Shown here: positions 39,873 through 48,789 of the stretch, one piece after another
How the letters are laid out: every line of letters begins with the position of its first letter
Numbering within the stretch: the stretch's first letter is position 1
DNA from: a bacterium
Lineage (GTDB): Bacteria; Patescibacteriota; Minisyncoccia; Phycocordibacterales; JAUSHB01
Assembly (NCBI GenBank): GCA_030648955.1
Contig: JAUSHB010000011.1
Span: forward strand, 7,366-71,365
Direction: 5' to 3'
DNA: 64,000 bases
Notes under the pieces: generated by a model
What the model was told of the DNA's origin: nothing
What the model saw: the letters and a program-made list of their open reading frames with translations, nothing else
The model's database searches: none
Made by a program: the position numbers and the translations under genes

Positions 39873-40281
39873 CATCATTCTCCGGACACAGAAACAAATA
39901 AGAGCATGCGTATATGCTGGCTCTGCCCTAATTGTTGTTTTTTTAACAGAAGGAGGGATACTATTTTTCTTGTCGGTAAAATATGAGACGCTACCCTTTT
40001 TGTTTTTGCTTACGTTGCTCGGATTGATCGGTAGTGTCGCAATAATAGCATGGTCACATCAAGCAAGACGAGTAATTAACGAGTTGCTGTTCCTTGCTGA
40101 AGCACGAGGAAAGCAAGAACGCTCAACGTTGGCGCATGATATACGAAATATCCTCGCGATTATTCAAGCGGATGTAGAAATTGCCCTCATGGGTGAGACG
40201 TCCGGAGAGGAGTTGCGTAAAACACTCAAGCAAATTATGACGGAAACGGATGAAATTAATTCAAAATTAAACGAAGTTTAG
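39802..40281 (+). CDS. two-TM protein with DHp (HisKA) domain only, no ATPase domain
   Basis: two TM then LAHDIRN H-box helix hairpin; ends before any N/G boxes; start uncertain. Confidence 0.65.
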   Translation: MEKINLSSKPSGDSAIDSIKTFPSIILRTQKQIRACVYAGSALIVVFLTEGGILFFLSVKYETLPFLFLLTLLGLIGSVAIIAWSHQARRVINELLFLAEARGKQERSTLAHDIRNILAIIQADVEIALMGETSGEELRKTLKQIMTETDEINSKLNEV

Positions 40282-40317
40282 CCCTCGTTTAATTACCATA
40301 CAATTCATGTATCACAT

Positions 40318-42414
40318 ATGACCAATCGTATTCTCTATATAGTAAAAGTATTGGCGCTAGCGCTCATTTATTTTGTTACTGCAAAAATAGGATTGAATTT
40401 CCATCCTATTTCCAGTTTTTCCACACTTGTTTGGTTACCAAGCGGAATTGCACTTGCCGCGCTTCTTCTCTATGGATTCGAATTATGGCCCGGCATCATG
40501 ATTGGTGCTTTCATGGCAAATATTCTTATTGGCGGAACATTGCCGATAGTACTTTCCATTTCGCTGGGAAACACCCTTGAGGCATTGGCGGGAGTATACA
40601 TCCTACGTCGTTATATTAAACTTGATTACTCACTTGAGCGCTTGCGTGACAGTATCGGTTTTCTTTTGGTTGCGCTTGTTGTACCGATTATTGGTGCAAC
40701 AATAGGAGTAAGTACTTTGTGGGTTACCGAGATAGTTACTCAGCCAACAATCATATCGGTATGGATTACTTGGTGGCTTAGTGGAGTGCTGGGAACTCTC
40801 ACGATCACCCCATTTCTCATATGCTGGCTCTCTAAACCACTCCCCTGGAGAACTGCGTCTATCGAAGTGATCGTGGAGACAACTTCGCTTTTTGCGCTTC
40901 TTGTTGGCATTGATGTTATGGTCTTTTTGACCCCTTTCACACAATTGGACTCTTTCTCGACAATTTACCTCGTTATTGTGCCACTTATGTGGGCAGCAAT
41001 ACGTATGGGACCATTGGGTATTACACTTTCAATATTTATAACCTCATGCATAGGATCATTGGCTGTTTTATTAAACTACGGGACATTTTCTCAAGCAGAT
41101 ATGCTTGCAAGGCTTTTTACAACAGAAATATTTTTAGCATTCATCGCGTTAATTTTTCTACCCTTCACTTCGATTGTAGCTGAAGAAAAAAACACAGCAG
41201 CCATGTTGAGAGAAAATGTTAAGCGTCTTCGTGAGGCATTACAGAAAATCAGCTCCGAAGATAATGCTAAAAACGAGTTTTTGGCAATCCTTGCACATGA
41301 GCTTCGAAATCCCCTCTCGCCAGTGATCACCTCTCTTGAACTTATGAATATAAAAGTTGCGGAAATCAACCGTCCTGATATTTTACAAATCATTAAAACA
41401 TCTGAAACCCATGTTCGTACCATGGTTCACCTCCTTGATGACCTCTTAGATATTTCTCGCATCTCTCGTAGGAAATTTAAATTGGAAAAAGAGACCGTTG
41501 AGTTGCTGTCCATTATTAATCACGCGCAAGAAACCGTTGATGCTTTTTTTGTTTCCCGAAATCATCACTTGTCTATTTCTATGCCCAAGAAACTCATTTG
41601 GATATCCGTGGATCCGGTTCGCATCGAGCAAATATTGAACAACATCCTTCATAATTCGGCAAAATACACCCCCATGGGAGGACATATTGAACTTTTGGTT
41701 ACACATAATGATGAAAAAGAAGAAGTGATAATTCGTATACGAGATAATGGGGTTGGGATTGCTCCCGATATGATACAAAAAATTTTTGAACCCTTTGTTC
41801 AAAAAAACTACACCAGGGATTCGCGGGTAAGCACTGGGCTTGGTATCGGTCTCGTCCTTACCAAACGATTAGTAGAGCTCCATGGCGGAACCATACAAGC
41901 AATGAGCGAGGGATTGGGGAAAGGAAGTGAGTTCACTGTGACCTTGCCTGGTTCTCAAAATATCCAATTGCAAATGGGAACCCCCACAAAAGAACGTCGA
42001 GGTGTGCGAAGAAAACCTTACTTTACGTTTATACCATCAAAAAAAATAGAAGTACGGTCTCCTATTCTTATTGTTGACGATAATAAAGACGCAGCTGATG
42101 GACTCAAAATGCTCCTTGAATATGCGGGGTACAAAGCAGTGGTCGCCTATAGTGGCGAGGAAACGTTTGAGGTTGTTCGAAACGTTCACCCCAAGATTAT
42201 TATCCTCGATATCGGTCTGCCAGACATGAGCGGCTATGTTGTTGCGGAGCTTTTACGAAAAGAGTTTGGTGATTCGCTTACATTGATTGCCCTGACGGGA
42301 TACGGGCAAGACAGAGATAGATTTGAGGCAAAAAAATCAGGCTTTAACTATCACATGACAAAACCAATCAGGATCGACGATCTTAAAAGTATACTCACTG
42401 ACAATAAGGATTAA
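40318..42414 (+). CDS. MASE1 hybrid sensor histidine kinase (HisKA-HATPase-REC)
   Basis: WLPSGIALA MASE1, LAHELRNPL, NSAKYT, DNGVG, GLGIGL, ILIVDDN, LDIGLP. Confidence 0.93.
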   Translation: MTNRILYIVKVLALALIYFVTAKIGLNFHPISSFSTLVWLPSGIALAALLLYGFELWPGIMIGAFMANILIGGTLPIVLSISLGNTLEALAGVYILRRYIKLDYSLERLRDSIGFLLVALVVPIIGATIGVSTLWVTEIVTQPTIISVWITWWLSGVLGTLTITPFLICWLSKPLPWRTASIEVIVETTSLFALLVGIDVMVFLTPFTQLDSFSTIYLVIVPLMWAAIRMGPLGITLSIFITSCIGSLAVLLNYGTFSQADMLARLFTTEIFLAFIALIFLPFTSIVAEEKNTAAMLRENVKRLREALQKISSEDNAKNEFLAILAHELRNPLSPVITSLELMNIKVAEINRPDILQIIKTSETHVRTMVHLLDDLLDISRISRRKFKLEKETVELLSIINHAQETVDAFFVSRNHHLSISMPKKLIWISVDPVRIEQILNNILHNSAKYTPMGGHIELLVTHNDEKEEVIIRIRDNGVGIAPDMIQKIFEPFVQKNYTRDSRVSTGLGIGLVLTKRLVELHGGTIQAMSEGLGKGSEFTVTLPGSQNIQLQMGTPTKERRGVRRKPYFTFIPSKKIEVRSPILIVDDNKDAADGLKMLLEYAGYKAVVAYSGEETFEVVRNVHPKIIILDIGLPDMSGYVVAELLRKEFGDSLTLIALTGYGQDRDRFEAKKSGFNYHMTKPIRIDDLKSILTDNKD

Positions 42415-42442
42415 GATATTTTTTCAATACATCGCTAGAAAA

Positions 42443-42466
42443 AACAGGGAGATAAATCTCCCTGTT
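42443..42466. terminator. intrinsic terminator
   Basis: AACAGGGAGAT-aa-ATCTCCCTGTT. Confidence 0.6.
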
Positions 42467-42481
42467 GCTTTAATTCCTCCG

Positions 42482-42835
42482 TTACTTTTTTCTTTCTGAT
42501 TGTATTTTTCTTACCCGCTCCTTTGCATTTTTGAAGTTTTTTGTACAATGCAGTTTTTTCTTTCCCTCAAACCCCCATATCCTTACACACGTGTTACCTT
42601 TTTGTTTTTTGTAAATTACATAGAGGAGTTTAAATTTACGCTTATTTTTCTCCAAAGTGTTGATGACTGAACGCTCCACATTAAGTAGACTATGTGGAAC
42701 TCCTGCGCAATCTTTGTGGCGTTCGAATTTATCCAAAGTAGCATCACACGTCCTTGCTAAATATTCCATCGTTATTTCATTTGTATCTCCATTAACCTCT
42801 ATGTACCACAGAGTTTTTCGTCTTTCAATACGCAT
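42482..42835 (-). CDS. basic hypothetical protein
   Basis: 117-aa ORF with AGGAG SD. Confidence 0.6.
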   Translation of the reverse strand: MRIERRKTLWYIEVNGDTNEITMEYLARTCDATLDKFERHKDCAGVPHSLLNVERSVINTLEKNKRKFKLLYVIYKKQKGNTCVRIWGFEGKKKLHCTKNFKNAKERVRKIQSERKK

Positions 42836-42971
42836 AGCAAACTCCTATTTTATGTGGCTATATACCAGTCTTACCCTACCATAAAAACCCGGGGTCGCAA
42901 GCATAGCGTAGTTAGGTATTCTATAAAAAATCTGCTATACTGCGAGTTCAAGTGAAAATTCAAATAAAAAA

Positions 42972-43361
42972 ATGGCTCAACCAAAAATAGCTGTACGGAA
43001 AGAAACTTTTGTTGCCTCTCCAAAGGTGGCTGCGAAGTCCTCCAACCTTCTTGTTGATTCATGGGGTTACCCGATGACGTTCGTTGAGTTCTATAAAATA
43101 CTGACACGCAATAAATTTACGGTGCAGATCATTAAAATAGGTTCGGAAATATTGGGTGACGCTCAAAAATTTAATGGCTTTTCGGGAAAAGTTGTTCCCA
43201 ACTTATCTGAAGAAAAGATCAAAGAAAAATTTTCTGCAGACATTCGAACCGATGAAACAGGAAAGGAATATTTTTTATTGAATATCGATGACGACACCCC
43301 TCATTTTCTTCGCGAATGGACAGGTCACGCAATGCGCTTCAATCATCTAAGTAATGACTAA
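42972..43361 (+). CDS. hypothetical protein
   Basis: 129-aa ORF; TATACT upstream; terminator downstream. Confidence 0.65.
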   Translation: MAQPKIAVRKETFVASPKVAAKSSNLLVDSWGYPMTFVEFYKILTRNKFTVQIIKIGSEILGDAQKFNGFSGKVVPNLSEEKIKEKFSADIRTDETGKEYFLLNIDDDTPHFLREWTGHAMRFNHLSND

Positions 43362-43385
43362 CACTAATGCCCACTATGCGCATTC

Positions 43386-43424
43386 TTTAAAAAAACAGTC
43401 CCTATAAGGGACTGTTTTTTTAAA
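43386..43424. terminator. bidirectional terminator
   Basis: AAAAAAACAGTCCCT-ata-AGGGACTGTTTTTTT. Confidence 0.75.
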
Positions 43425-43493
43425 CTATTTCTTTTTTCCGGAACCTTTTGGCTTTTTCTTTTCTCTGCGCTGTTTATCTCTTCCCTTTGCCAT
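43425..43493 (-). CDS. 22-aa highly basic small protein
   Basis: MAKGRDKQRREKKKPKGSGKKK; TATAAT promoter upstream and terminator right after stop. Confidence 0.55.
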   Translation of the reverse strand: MAKGRDKQRREKKKPKGSGKKK

Positions 43494-43579
43494 GTTTTTT
43501 AATATAAAATTTTTATCGAATATTTTTTTGCAATCGACCCATTACTTGCTTCATTTCTATTATACAGCATAAATGAACA

Positions 43580-44731
43580 TTATCCTCGAATAACTCGCGC
43601 GATTGATTTAACTAATCTTTTATCAAATATATTCGGTACTATGTTATGAGCATTGGGTCGCGATACTAACCCCGCAATGACATGAGCTACATTACGTTTC
43701 ATTTCATCGGTAATAAGAGTTACATGATTATCAAGCGCTCCGCGAAAAACCCCCGGAAACACTTGAGCATTGTTGAGTTGATTGGGAAAATCACTCCTCC
43801 CTGTCGCGACCACAAACGCCCCTCCCGAAAGCGCCACATCAGGCATGATTTCCGGCGTTGGGTTTGCAAGCGCAAAGACGATCGCCTTACTTGCCATCGT
43901 CTGCACCATTTCCTTGGTCACCAGATCGGGCGCAGAGACACCAATAAACACATCGCTCCCTTCCAATGCATCCGCCAAGCTTCCTCGTTTATCGTGTGAA
44001 TTTGTCATTTCCGCGATTATTCGTTTTTCTTTGACCAACTCCGCTTGTCCCTTGTGAATAATACCCGATCGATCGACAACAAGAATATGTTTAACTCCTT
44101 CACCAATAAGTATTTTTGTAATTGCCATACCCGCAGCACCCGCCCCACTCACCACAATCTTTACGTGACTAATATTCTTCTTCACCACCTTAAGCGCATT
44201 TAAAAGTCCGGCAAGAATAATGATCGCTGTACCGTGCTGATCGTCGTGCATAACAGGAATTGTAAGTTCTTGTTTTAAACGCTCTTCGATCTCAAAGCAT
44301 CGCGGAGCAGAAATGTCTTCAAGGTTGACGCCGCCAAATCCCGGCGCGATTGCTTTTACTATAGCAATAATTTCTTCGGTATTCTGTGTTGCGAGAACAA
44401 TTGGCACCGCATCAATATCAGCAAATGTTTTAAAGAGAACGCACTTTCCTTCCATTACCGGGAGCGCCCCCTCTGGACCAATATTGCCCAGTCCCAGAAC
44501 TGCAGAACCATCGGATATGACTGCAACACTATTTCCCTTCATGGTATAGTCGCGCACCTTCTCTTTATTTTTAGCCAAAAATAAACTTACAGCAGCAACA
44601 CCCGGAGTGTATACGATGCTTAAATCTTTCAAACTCCGAAGTGATGATTTACTTACCACGGACAATTTACCACCCATCTTGAGATGATGTGCGAGCGATT
44701 GTTCTCCAATTGTTCTCTTATTTTTTTTCAT
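43580..44731 (-). CDS. NAD(P)-dependent malic enzyme
   Basis: YTPGVA, DGSAVLGLG, MEGK, NLEDI, HDDQHGT, GAGAAG, ANPTPE, TGRSDFPNQ. Confidence 0.93.
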   Translation of the reverse strand: MKKNKRTIGEQSLAHHLKMGGKLSVVSKSSLRSLKDLSIVYTPGVAAVSLFLAKNKEKVRDYTMKGNSVAVISDGSAVLGLGNIGPEGALPVMEGKCVLFKTFADIDAVPIVLATQNTEEIIAIVKAIAPGFGGVNLEDISAPRCFEIEERLKQELTIPVMHDDQHGTAIIILAGLLNALKVVKKNISHVKIVVSGAGAAGMAITKILIGEGVKHILVVDRSGIIHKGQAELVKEKRIIAEMTNSHDKRGSLADALEGSDVFIGVSAPDLVTKEMVQTMASKAIVFALANPTPEIMPDVALSGGAFVVATGRSDFPNQLNNAQVFPGVFRGALDNHVTLITDEMKRNVAHVIAGLVSRPNAHNIVPNIFDKRLVKSIARVIRG

Positions 44732-44785
44732 GTAGCTTGAATGCAAAAACATACTATACCATGAACACCCCATGTCCAAAAAAAG

Positions 44786-44814
44786 AAACCGGTCAAATAA
44801 ATATTGACCGGTTT
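44786..44814. terminator. intrinsic terminator
   Basis: AAACCGGTCAA...TTGACCGGTTT. Confidence 0.6.
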
Positions 44815-44835
44815 GTTAACAAAAATTTAAAATAC

Positions 44836-45447
44836 CTATTTGGGCTCCACGTTATCTATAAACTTTCTTACTGCTATAGATAGTTTGCCGAAATATATAT
44901 CCATAAGACCATCAACAGAATCATTTTTTTCTTTCGCAAGGAGTTTATACCAAGATTTTCCTACTTCTTCATAGATATCCGATTTGACGTTTGGAAATGA
45001 TTCGCCACCTTTAAATACGGCGTGCATGAAAAAGCAAACATTTGCATTTTTTCTCATGAGCTCGGTTGAACCTTGTTCCAGATCGCTTGCGATAAAATCA
45101 CCTATAGCAAGATAGTTTTTGCCTTTGATCAAAAACAGGGAAAACGATTTAGCAATATAAAAAGAGCATTTGAGGGATACGGAGCTAGGAATATTGCATG
45201 CCTTACATTGGTACTGAATTCCATCCTGAATGTAGTCAACAAGCGAATTTACATGATTTTCCCCGCAATCTTCCCCCGAGAGTACTTTTCTATATTTGTT
45301 TATTTCGGATAATCTTGCTCGAATCGTTACACCCCAATCAACAAGCCTTTTTAAATCTCTGGGACGTTCACTAACAAGTTTTTTTATTCGAGCATTAATA
45401 CCTTTTTTAAAAAGTAGTACTTGTGCATTTTTGTCCTTTAAACTCAT
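44836..45447 (-). CDS. hypothetical protein
   Basis: GGAGG SD and TTGACA-16-TATTGT promoter. Confidence 0.65.
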   Translation of the reverse strand: MSLKDKNAQVLLFKKGINARIKKLVSERPRDLKRLVDWGVTIRARLSEINKYRKVLSGEDCGENHVNSLVDYIQDGIQYQCKACNIPSSVSLKCSFYIAKSFSLFLIKGKNYLAIGDFIASDLEQGSTELMRKNANVCFFMHAVFKGGESFPNVKSDIYEEVGKSWYKLLAKEKNDSVDGLMDIYFGKLSIAVRKFIDNVEPK

Positions 45448-45628
45448 ACACAACCTCCAAATAATAAATTCTTTGCAATGTGGTCTGTTTAAATACTATT
45501 TTAATCTAGAGTTACAATATCGCACTGAATGATATTGTCAAATAAAACTTCGACATCATGCAAGGTACTATTTGTTGAAATCACATATACTGTCCTCACG
45601 TAAAGCCCCGAATTGACAAACACATCCC

Positions 45629-46030
45629 TCAAGCAGCTATGTGTGTACAGTGCGAACAACGCTTGGCAGCCACAGGAATCTTGCTTAAACATTCTTTACA
45701 TTTCTTTGTCGTTGAATCGGGAGAAGGTTCTTTGTGTGACCGAGTGATGAGCAAATTCATCGGCTTAATTACAAAGAAAAAAATTGCAACTGCAACCAAT
45801 ATGAAAGAAATAAGCGCGTTAATGAAATGCCCGTACATAAACTTACTTCCATTGAGTGTGAAGATAAGCCCGCTAAAGTCTGGCACCTTTACGATTGCCG
45901 CTATAAGTGGAGTCAGGAGATCAGACACAAGTGCTGTCACAATTGTGCCAAACGCAGCACCAACTACGACACCAACAGCCAAGTCAACAACATTACCTCG
46001 TAGTAAAAATTGTTTAAACTCATTAAACAT
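45629..46030 (-). CDS. mscL: large-conductance mechanosensitive channel with C-terminal CxxC..CxxC
   Basis: EFKQFLLRGNVVDLAVGVVVGAAF. Confidence 0.93.
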   Translation of the reverse strand: MFNEFKQFLLRGNVVDLAVGVVVGAAFGTIVTALVSDLLTPLIAAIVKVPDFSGLIFTLNGSKFMYGHFINALISFILVAVAIFFFVIKPMNLLITRSHKEPSPDSTTKKCKECLSKIPVAAKRCSHCTHIAA

Positions 46031-46265
46031 GGTTGTAATAGTAATGGTTGATTATACAAAACAGTTCCTGTACATATATATTATATTATACCACATAGAA
46101 CCATGGGTATGCAGAAAACTCAATTTTATGAGAATACGGTTTGTCGTAATAAAAATATTTGACAATCTTCTTTGGGTATACTATCGTTATCCATAGCTGC
46201 CCTCACGTTTCACATTGGGCAGGATGTGTAGTAGTTCTTTACAACTCACTTTATTGGAGGTAGAT

Positions 46266-46877
46266 ATGTCAACAACTACGATGCCCAAACCGGACGGGAA
46301 TCTCGCGATGATGATAAGTCAGCATCTCGACACAATCCTGCCCAAAAAACTCGAAGAAATTGAAGCCAACAAAACACCCAGTATGGCGATCATCGCCACC
46401 AAAGGTACGCTCGACTGGGCTTACCCGCCGTTTATCCTCGCTTCTACTGGTGCCGCCCTCGACTGGGATGTTTCAATATTCTTCACGTTCTACGGTCTGT
46501 TGCTTCTGAAAAAGGATCTCGACGCCGAAGTCAGCCCGCTGGGAAATCCCGCCATGCCCATGAAGATGCCGTTTGGGCCAAAATGGTTCCAGAGCTTTGT
46601 CTGGCCGATGCCGAACTTACTGATGGCCAGTGTCCCTGGATTTGAAAAAGTGGCCACGGTGCTGATGAAGAAAACCTTCAAGAATAAGGGAGTTGCTACG
46701 ATCCCCGAGCTCCGTAACCTTTGCCTTGAAGCCGGCGTTAAAATGATCGCCTGCCAGATGACTGTCGATGTATTTGGCTTCAGCAAGGACGACTTCATCC
46801 CCGAGGTGAAGGATTATGTCGGTGCCACGTATTTCTTGCCAGTAGCGGCAAAATCCGACGTTTGTCTGTTTATCTGA
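46266..46877 (+). CDS. DsrE2-type (DsrE/DsrF/DrsH-like) sulfurtransferase
   Basis: AIIATKGTLDWAYPPFILAST, FFTFYGL, SPLGNPAMP, IACQMT; GGAGG SD and TTGACA-17-TATCGT. Confidence 0.85.
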   Translation: MSTTTMPKPDGNLAMMISQHLDTILPKKLEEIEANKTPSMAIIATKGTLDWAYPPFILASTGAALDWDVSIFFTFYGLLLLKKDLDAEVSPLGNPAMPMKMPFGPKWFQSFVWPMPNLLMASVPGFEKVATVLMKKTFKNKGVATIPELRNLCLEAGVKMIACQMTVDVFGFSKDDFIPEVKDYVGATYFLPVAAKSDVCLFI

Positions 46878-46911
46878 AAAATCTAAAGTAGTTGAGTTCT
46901 TGTTTTATTTT

Positions 46912-46938
46912 ATGCCGTGCGGCTCCACCGCACGGCAT
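46912..46938. terminator. intrinsic terminator
   Basis: ATGCCGTGCGG...CCGCACGGCAT. Confidence 0.7.
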
Positions 46939-46965
46939 TATTTTTTAAAACTATATTTCAAAATA

Positions 46966-47157
46966 TTATTCTAGTAGCCTAACTTCATCGTCATTGTTTT
47001 TAATCTCTTTCGTCTCAAGGTTGTCGTTTACAGTATACTCCCCTTTGCGCGCCACTGTTTTTATTTCAGTAAAACCGGTCCCCAATTCAAATGGAAGACC
47101 GGTGAGATACAAAACCAGCGAGACGACAATGATTATTAGGATAATGATACCAATCAT
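46966..47157 (-). CDS. small membrane-anchored hypothetical protein or gene fragment
   Basis: hydrophobic N-terminus; 63 aa. Confidence 0.4.
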   Translation of the reverse strand: MIGIIILIIIVVSLVLYLTGLPFELGTGFTEIKTVARKGEYTVNDNLETKEIKNNDDEVRLLE

Positions 47158-47164
47158 CAGTTCA

Positions 47165-47515
47165 TTATAGTTTCTTTTTTCTTTTTGTCATAGATTTTCT
47201 ACTTTTGGATAATTTTACCGTGCTAGGCATCACCTTGATAGAAAATGTAATGATATCGTCGGCGAGTATTTCTTCTTTCTCCCGTATTTTTACTTTAAGC
47301 GGTAAAAGATATGTCCCGCTTATTCTATCGGGAAAGATAGATGTTTTCCAGCTTGTCTTGCCGATGGTAACCATGACCGGCAGTGAACCAAATCCTCGAT
47401 GATATTTCCCATATTTTTCTTTGATCTCTTGCGATTCTTTTTTACTCACGCTGACAAAATGCCATCCTACTACCCCGGGATAGACCCACACTTTTTCCCG
47501 CATGGTGTATTTCAT
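47165..47515 (-). CDS. DUF1905 domain protein
   Basis: GWHFV...RGFGSLPVMVTIGKTSWKTSIFP...YLLPLK. Confidence 0.85.
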   Translation of the reverse strand: MKYTMREKVWVYPGVVGWHFVSVSKKESQEIKEKYGKYHRGFGSLPVMVTIGKTSWKTSIFPDRISGTYLLPLKVKIREKEEILADDIITFSIKVMPSTVKLSKSRKSMTKRKKKL

Positions 47516-47538
47516 ATACTTATTAGCTTAGCGGTTGT

Positions 47539-47572
47539 AACATTCTAACATTCTGCAGAATGTTAGAATGTT
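47539..47572. repeat. perfect 34-bp palindrome of AACATTCY units
   Basis: AACATTCTAACATTCTGCAGAATGTTAGAATGTT; contains the wHTH stop codon. Confidence 0.9.
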
Positions 47573-47829
47573 TTAATAAATTTGAGAAACAATTTACCGT
47601 GTGGTGAAAGCGCATGGGTTACCTGACGACCTTGATACGTCTTATTCAAAAGACCGGCGTGAACCAATGATCGCGTATGTTGGGAAATAGTTTTAAAATT
47701 AGCTTCAAGTTCGCCGGAAATTCCCTCAACGCTAATCCCCTCGTTTTTCTCGACAGCAATCAAAATTGCGATGCGCCAATGGTTAGCGACCCCTTTAAAA
47801 TAACGTTCAAGTTGTCTGGGTGTTTTCAT
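47563..47829 (-). CDS. ArsR-like winged-helix protein
   Basis: FKGVANHWRIAIL...SVEGIS..L...FKTISQHTRSLVHAGLL; start MKTPRQ with TATAAT 9 nt upstream. Confidence 0.8.
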   Translation of the reverse strand: MKTPRQLERYFKGVANHWRIAILIAVEKNEGISVEGISGELEANFKTISQHTRSLVHAGLLNKTYQGRQVTHALSPHGKLFLKFIKTF

Positions 47830-47852
47830 GGCAGATTCATTATAGCCCACAT

Positions 47853-47896
47853 GTTTCAACATTCCAACATTCTGCAGAATGTTGGAATGTTGAAAC
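47853..47896. repeat. perfect 44-bp palindrome of AACATTCY units
   Basis: GTTTCAACATTCCAACATTCTGCAGAATGTTGGAATGTTGAAAC. Confidence 0.9.
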
Positions 47897-47946
47897 CGTT
47901 GCCAAAATATTGCAAAAGATATAATTACCTTAAAAGGATACACTGC

Positions 47947-48276
47947 ATGTCCACAAAACATTCGCGGTCAGGCGGTAAATTTAGCGGAAGCCATACTACG
48001 GTGATACCCTTCGCGAGTACTGTAGCCGATATCTCCGCAAAGCAATCGGAAGTGACTAAGGTAACACCAGGGTTCATTAAAGCAGGACTTCGATCTGCAG
48101 GTGGTCATCAGCGTGTAAAAATAAGAAGAAAGAATTCTTATATTCTTCTCTCGGTGCGAGACAATGCGTCACACCAAGAACTCATTGTGTACACTGAAGA
48201 TCAACAAAAAGCGGTCGTCGCGATTGCCCGTGGATTACAAGATGCGGGACTTACTATATCGTTTATGAAAGATTGA
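47947..48276 (+). CDS. hypothetical protein (DUF2103-like)
   Basis: GGKFSGSHTTVI...KVTPGFI...SVRDNASHQEL. Confidence 0.6.
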   Translation: MSTKHSRSGGKFSGSHTTVIPFASTVADISAKQSEVTKVTPGFIKAGLRSAGGHQRVKIRRKNSYILLSVRDNASHQELIVYTEDQQKAVVAIARGLQDAGLTISFMKD

Positions 48277-48285
48277 AGTTCTTCC

Positions 48286-48326
48286 ATCCCCCCGAGACAA
48301 AAATTGTCTCGGGGGGATTCATTTTC
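48286..48326 (+). terminator. hairpin terminator, copy 1
   Basis: ATCCCCCCGAGACAA-aaa-TTGTCTCGGGGGGAT-tcattttc. Confidence 0.75.
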
Positions 48327-48393
48327 CAAAAAACTATTGACGATATACCTCATTAGGATAGTATTCATACTAGATTATAAATAGGAGAATTGT

Positions 48394-48771
48394 ATGTTCT
48401 TATTACTTGGCAAGCGGATAATAAGAGATGAGTACTCTTCCGCCCAAGAAAAACCGGTAGCGCACCATGCGGGTCCACCATGCCCCTTTTACGGTTTCAT
48501 TGGTGGTAATGGTGTTTTTGTGGAGAATTACGGCAACGCCTGCGCGCTTACGAGAGCGCATAGTCCTTGCTGTATGGAAATGGCAAAAGCAAAACCGGAC
48601 TGGGATAAGTGCTCAACGTTCAACCATCCTGCAAGCACTCCAATTCTCCAAGAGATTATGGAGAATGTTGTTGCAAATCCGAAAGCACTTTGGCCGGCTG
48701 GGAAAACAAGTTGGGAGGGCGTTAAAATTCGTGTTTGGTTCCGGTATGTGATGGGCCGCGACTATCCATAA
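48394..48771 (+). CDS. Cys-rich hypothetical protein
   Basis: CPFYGF..NACAL..SPCCME..WDKC; AGGAG SD and TTGACG-16-TAGTAT. Confidence 0.7.
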   Translation: MFLLLGKRIIRDEYSSAQEKPVAHHAGPPCPFYGFIGGNGVFVENYGNACALTRAHSPCCMEMAKAKPDWDKCSTFNHPASTPILQEIMENVVANPKALWPAGKTSWEGVKIRVWFRYVMGRDYP

Positions 48772-48789
48772 GTTCTTTCCGCAACCAGT

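Noticed and set aside
47677-47961. Long N-terminal extensions of ORFs 47563-47961 and 47677-48276 (both contain FQHSNILQNVGMLK)
   Set aside because: Artefact of reading through the perfect palindrome; the real starts are probably 47829 and 47947.
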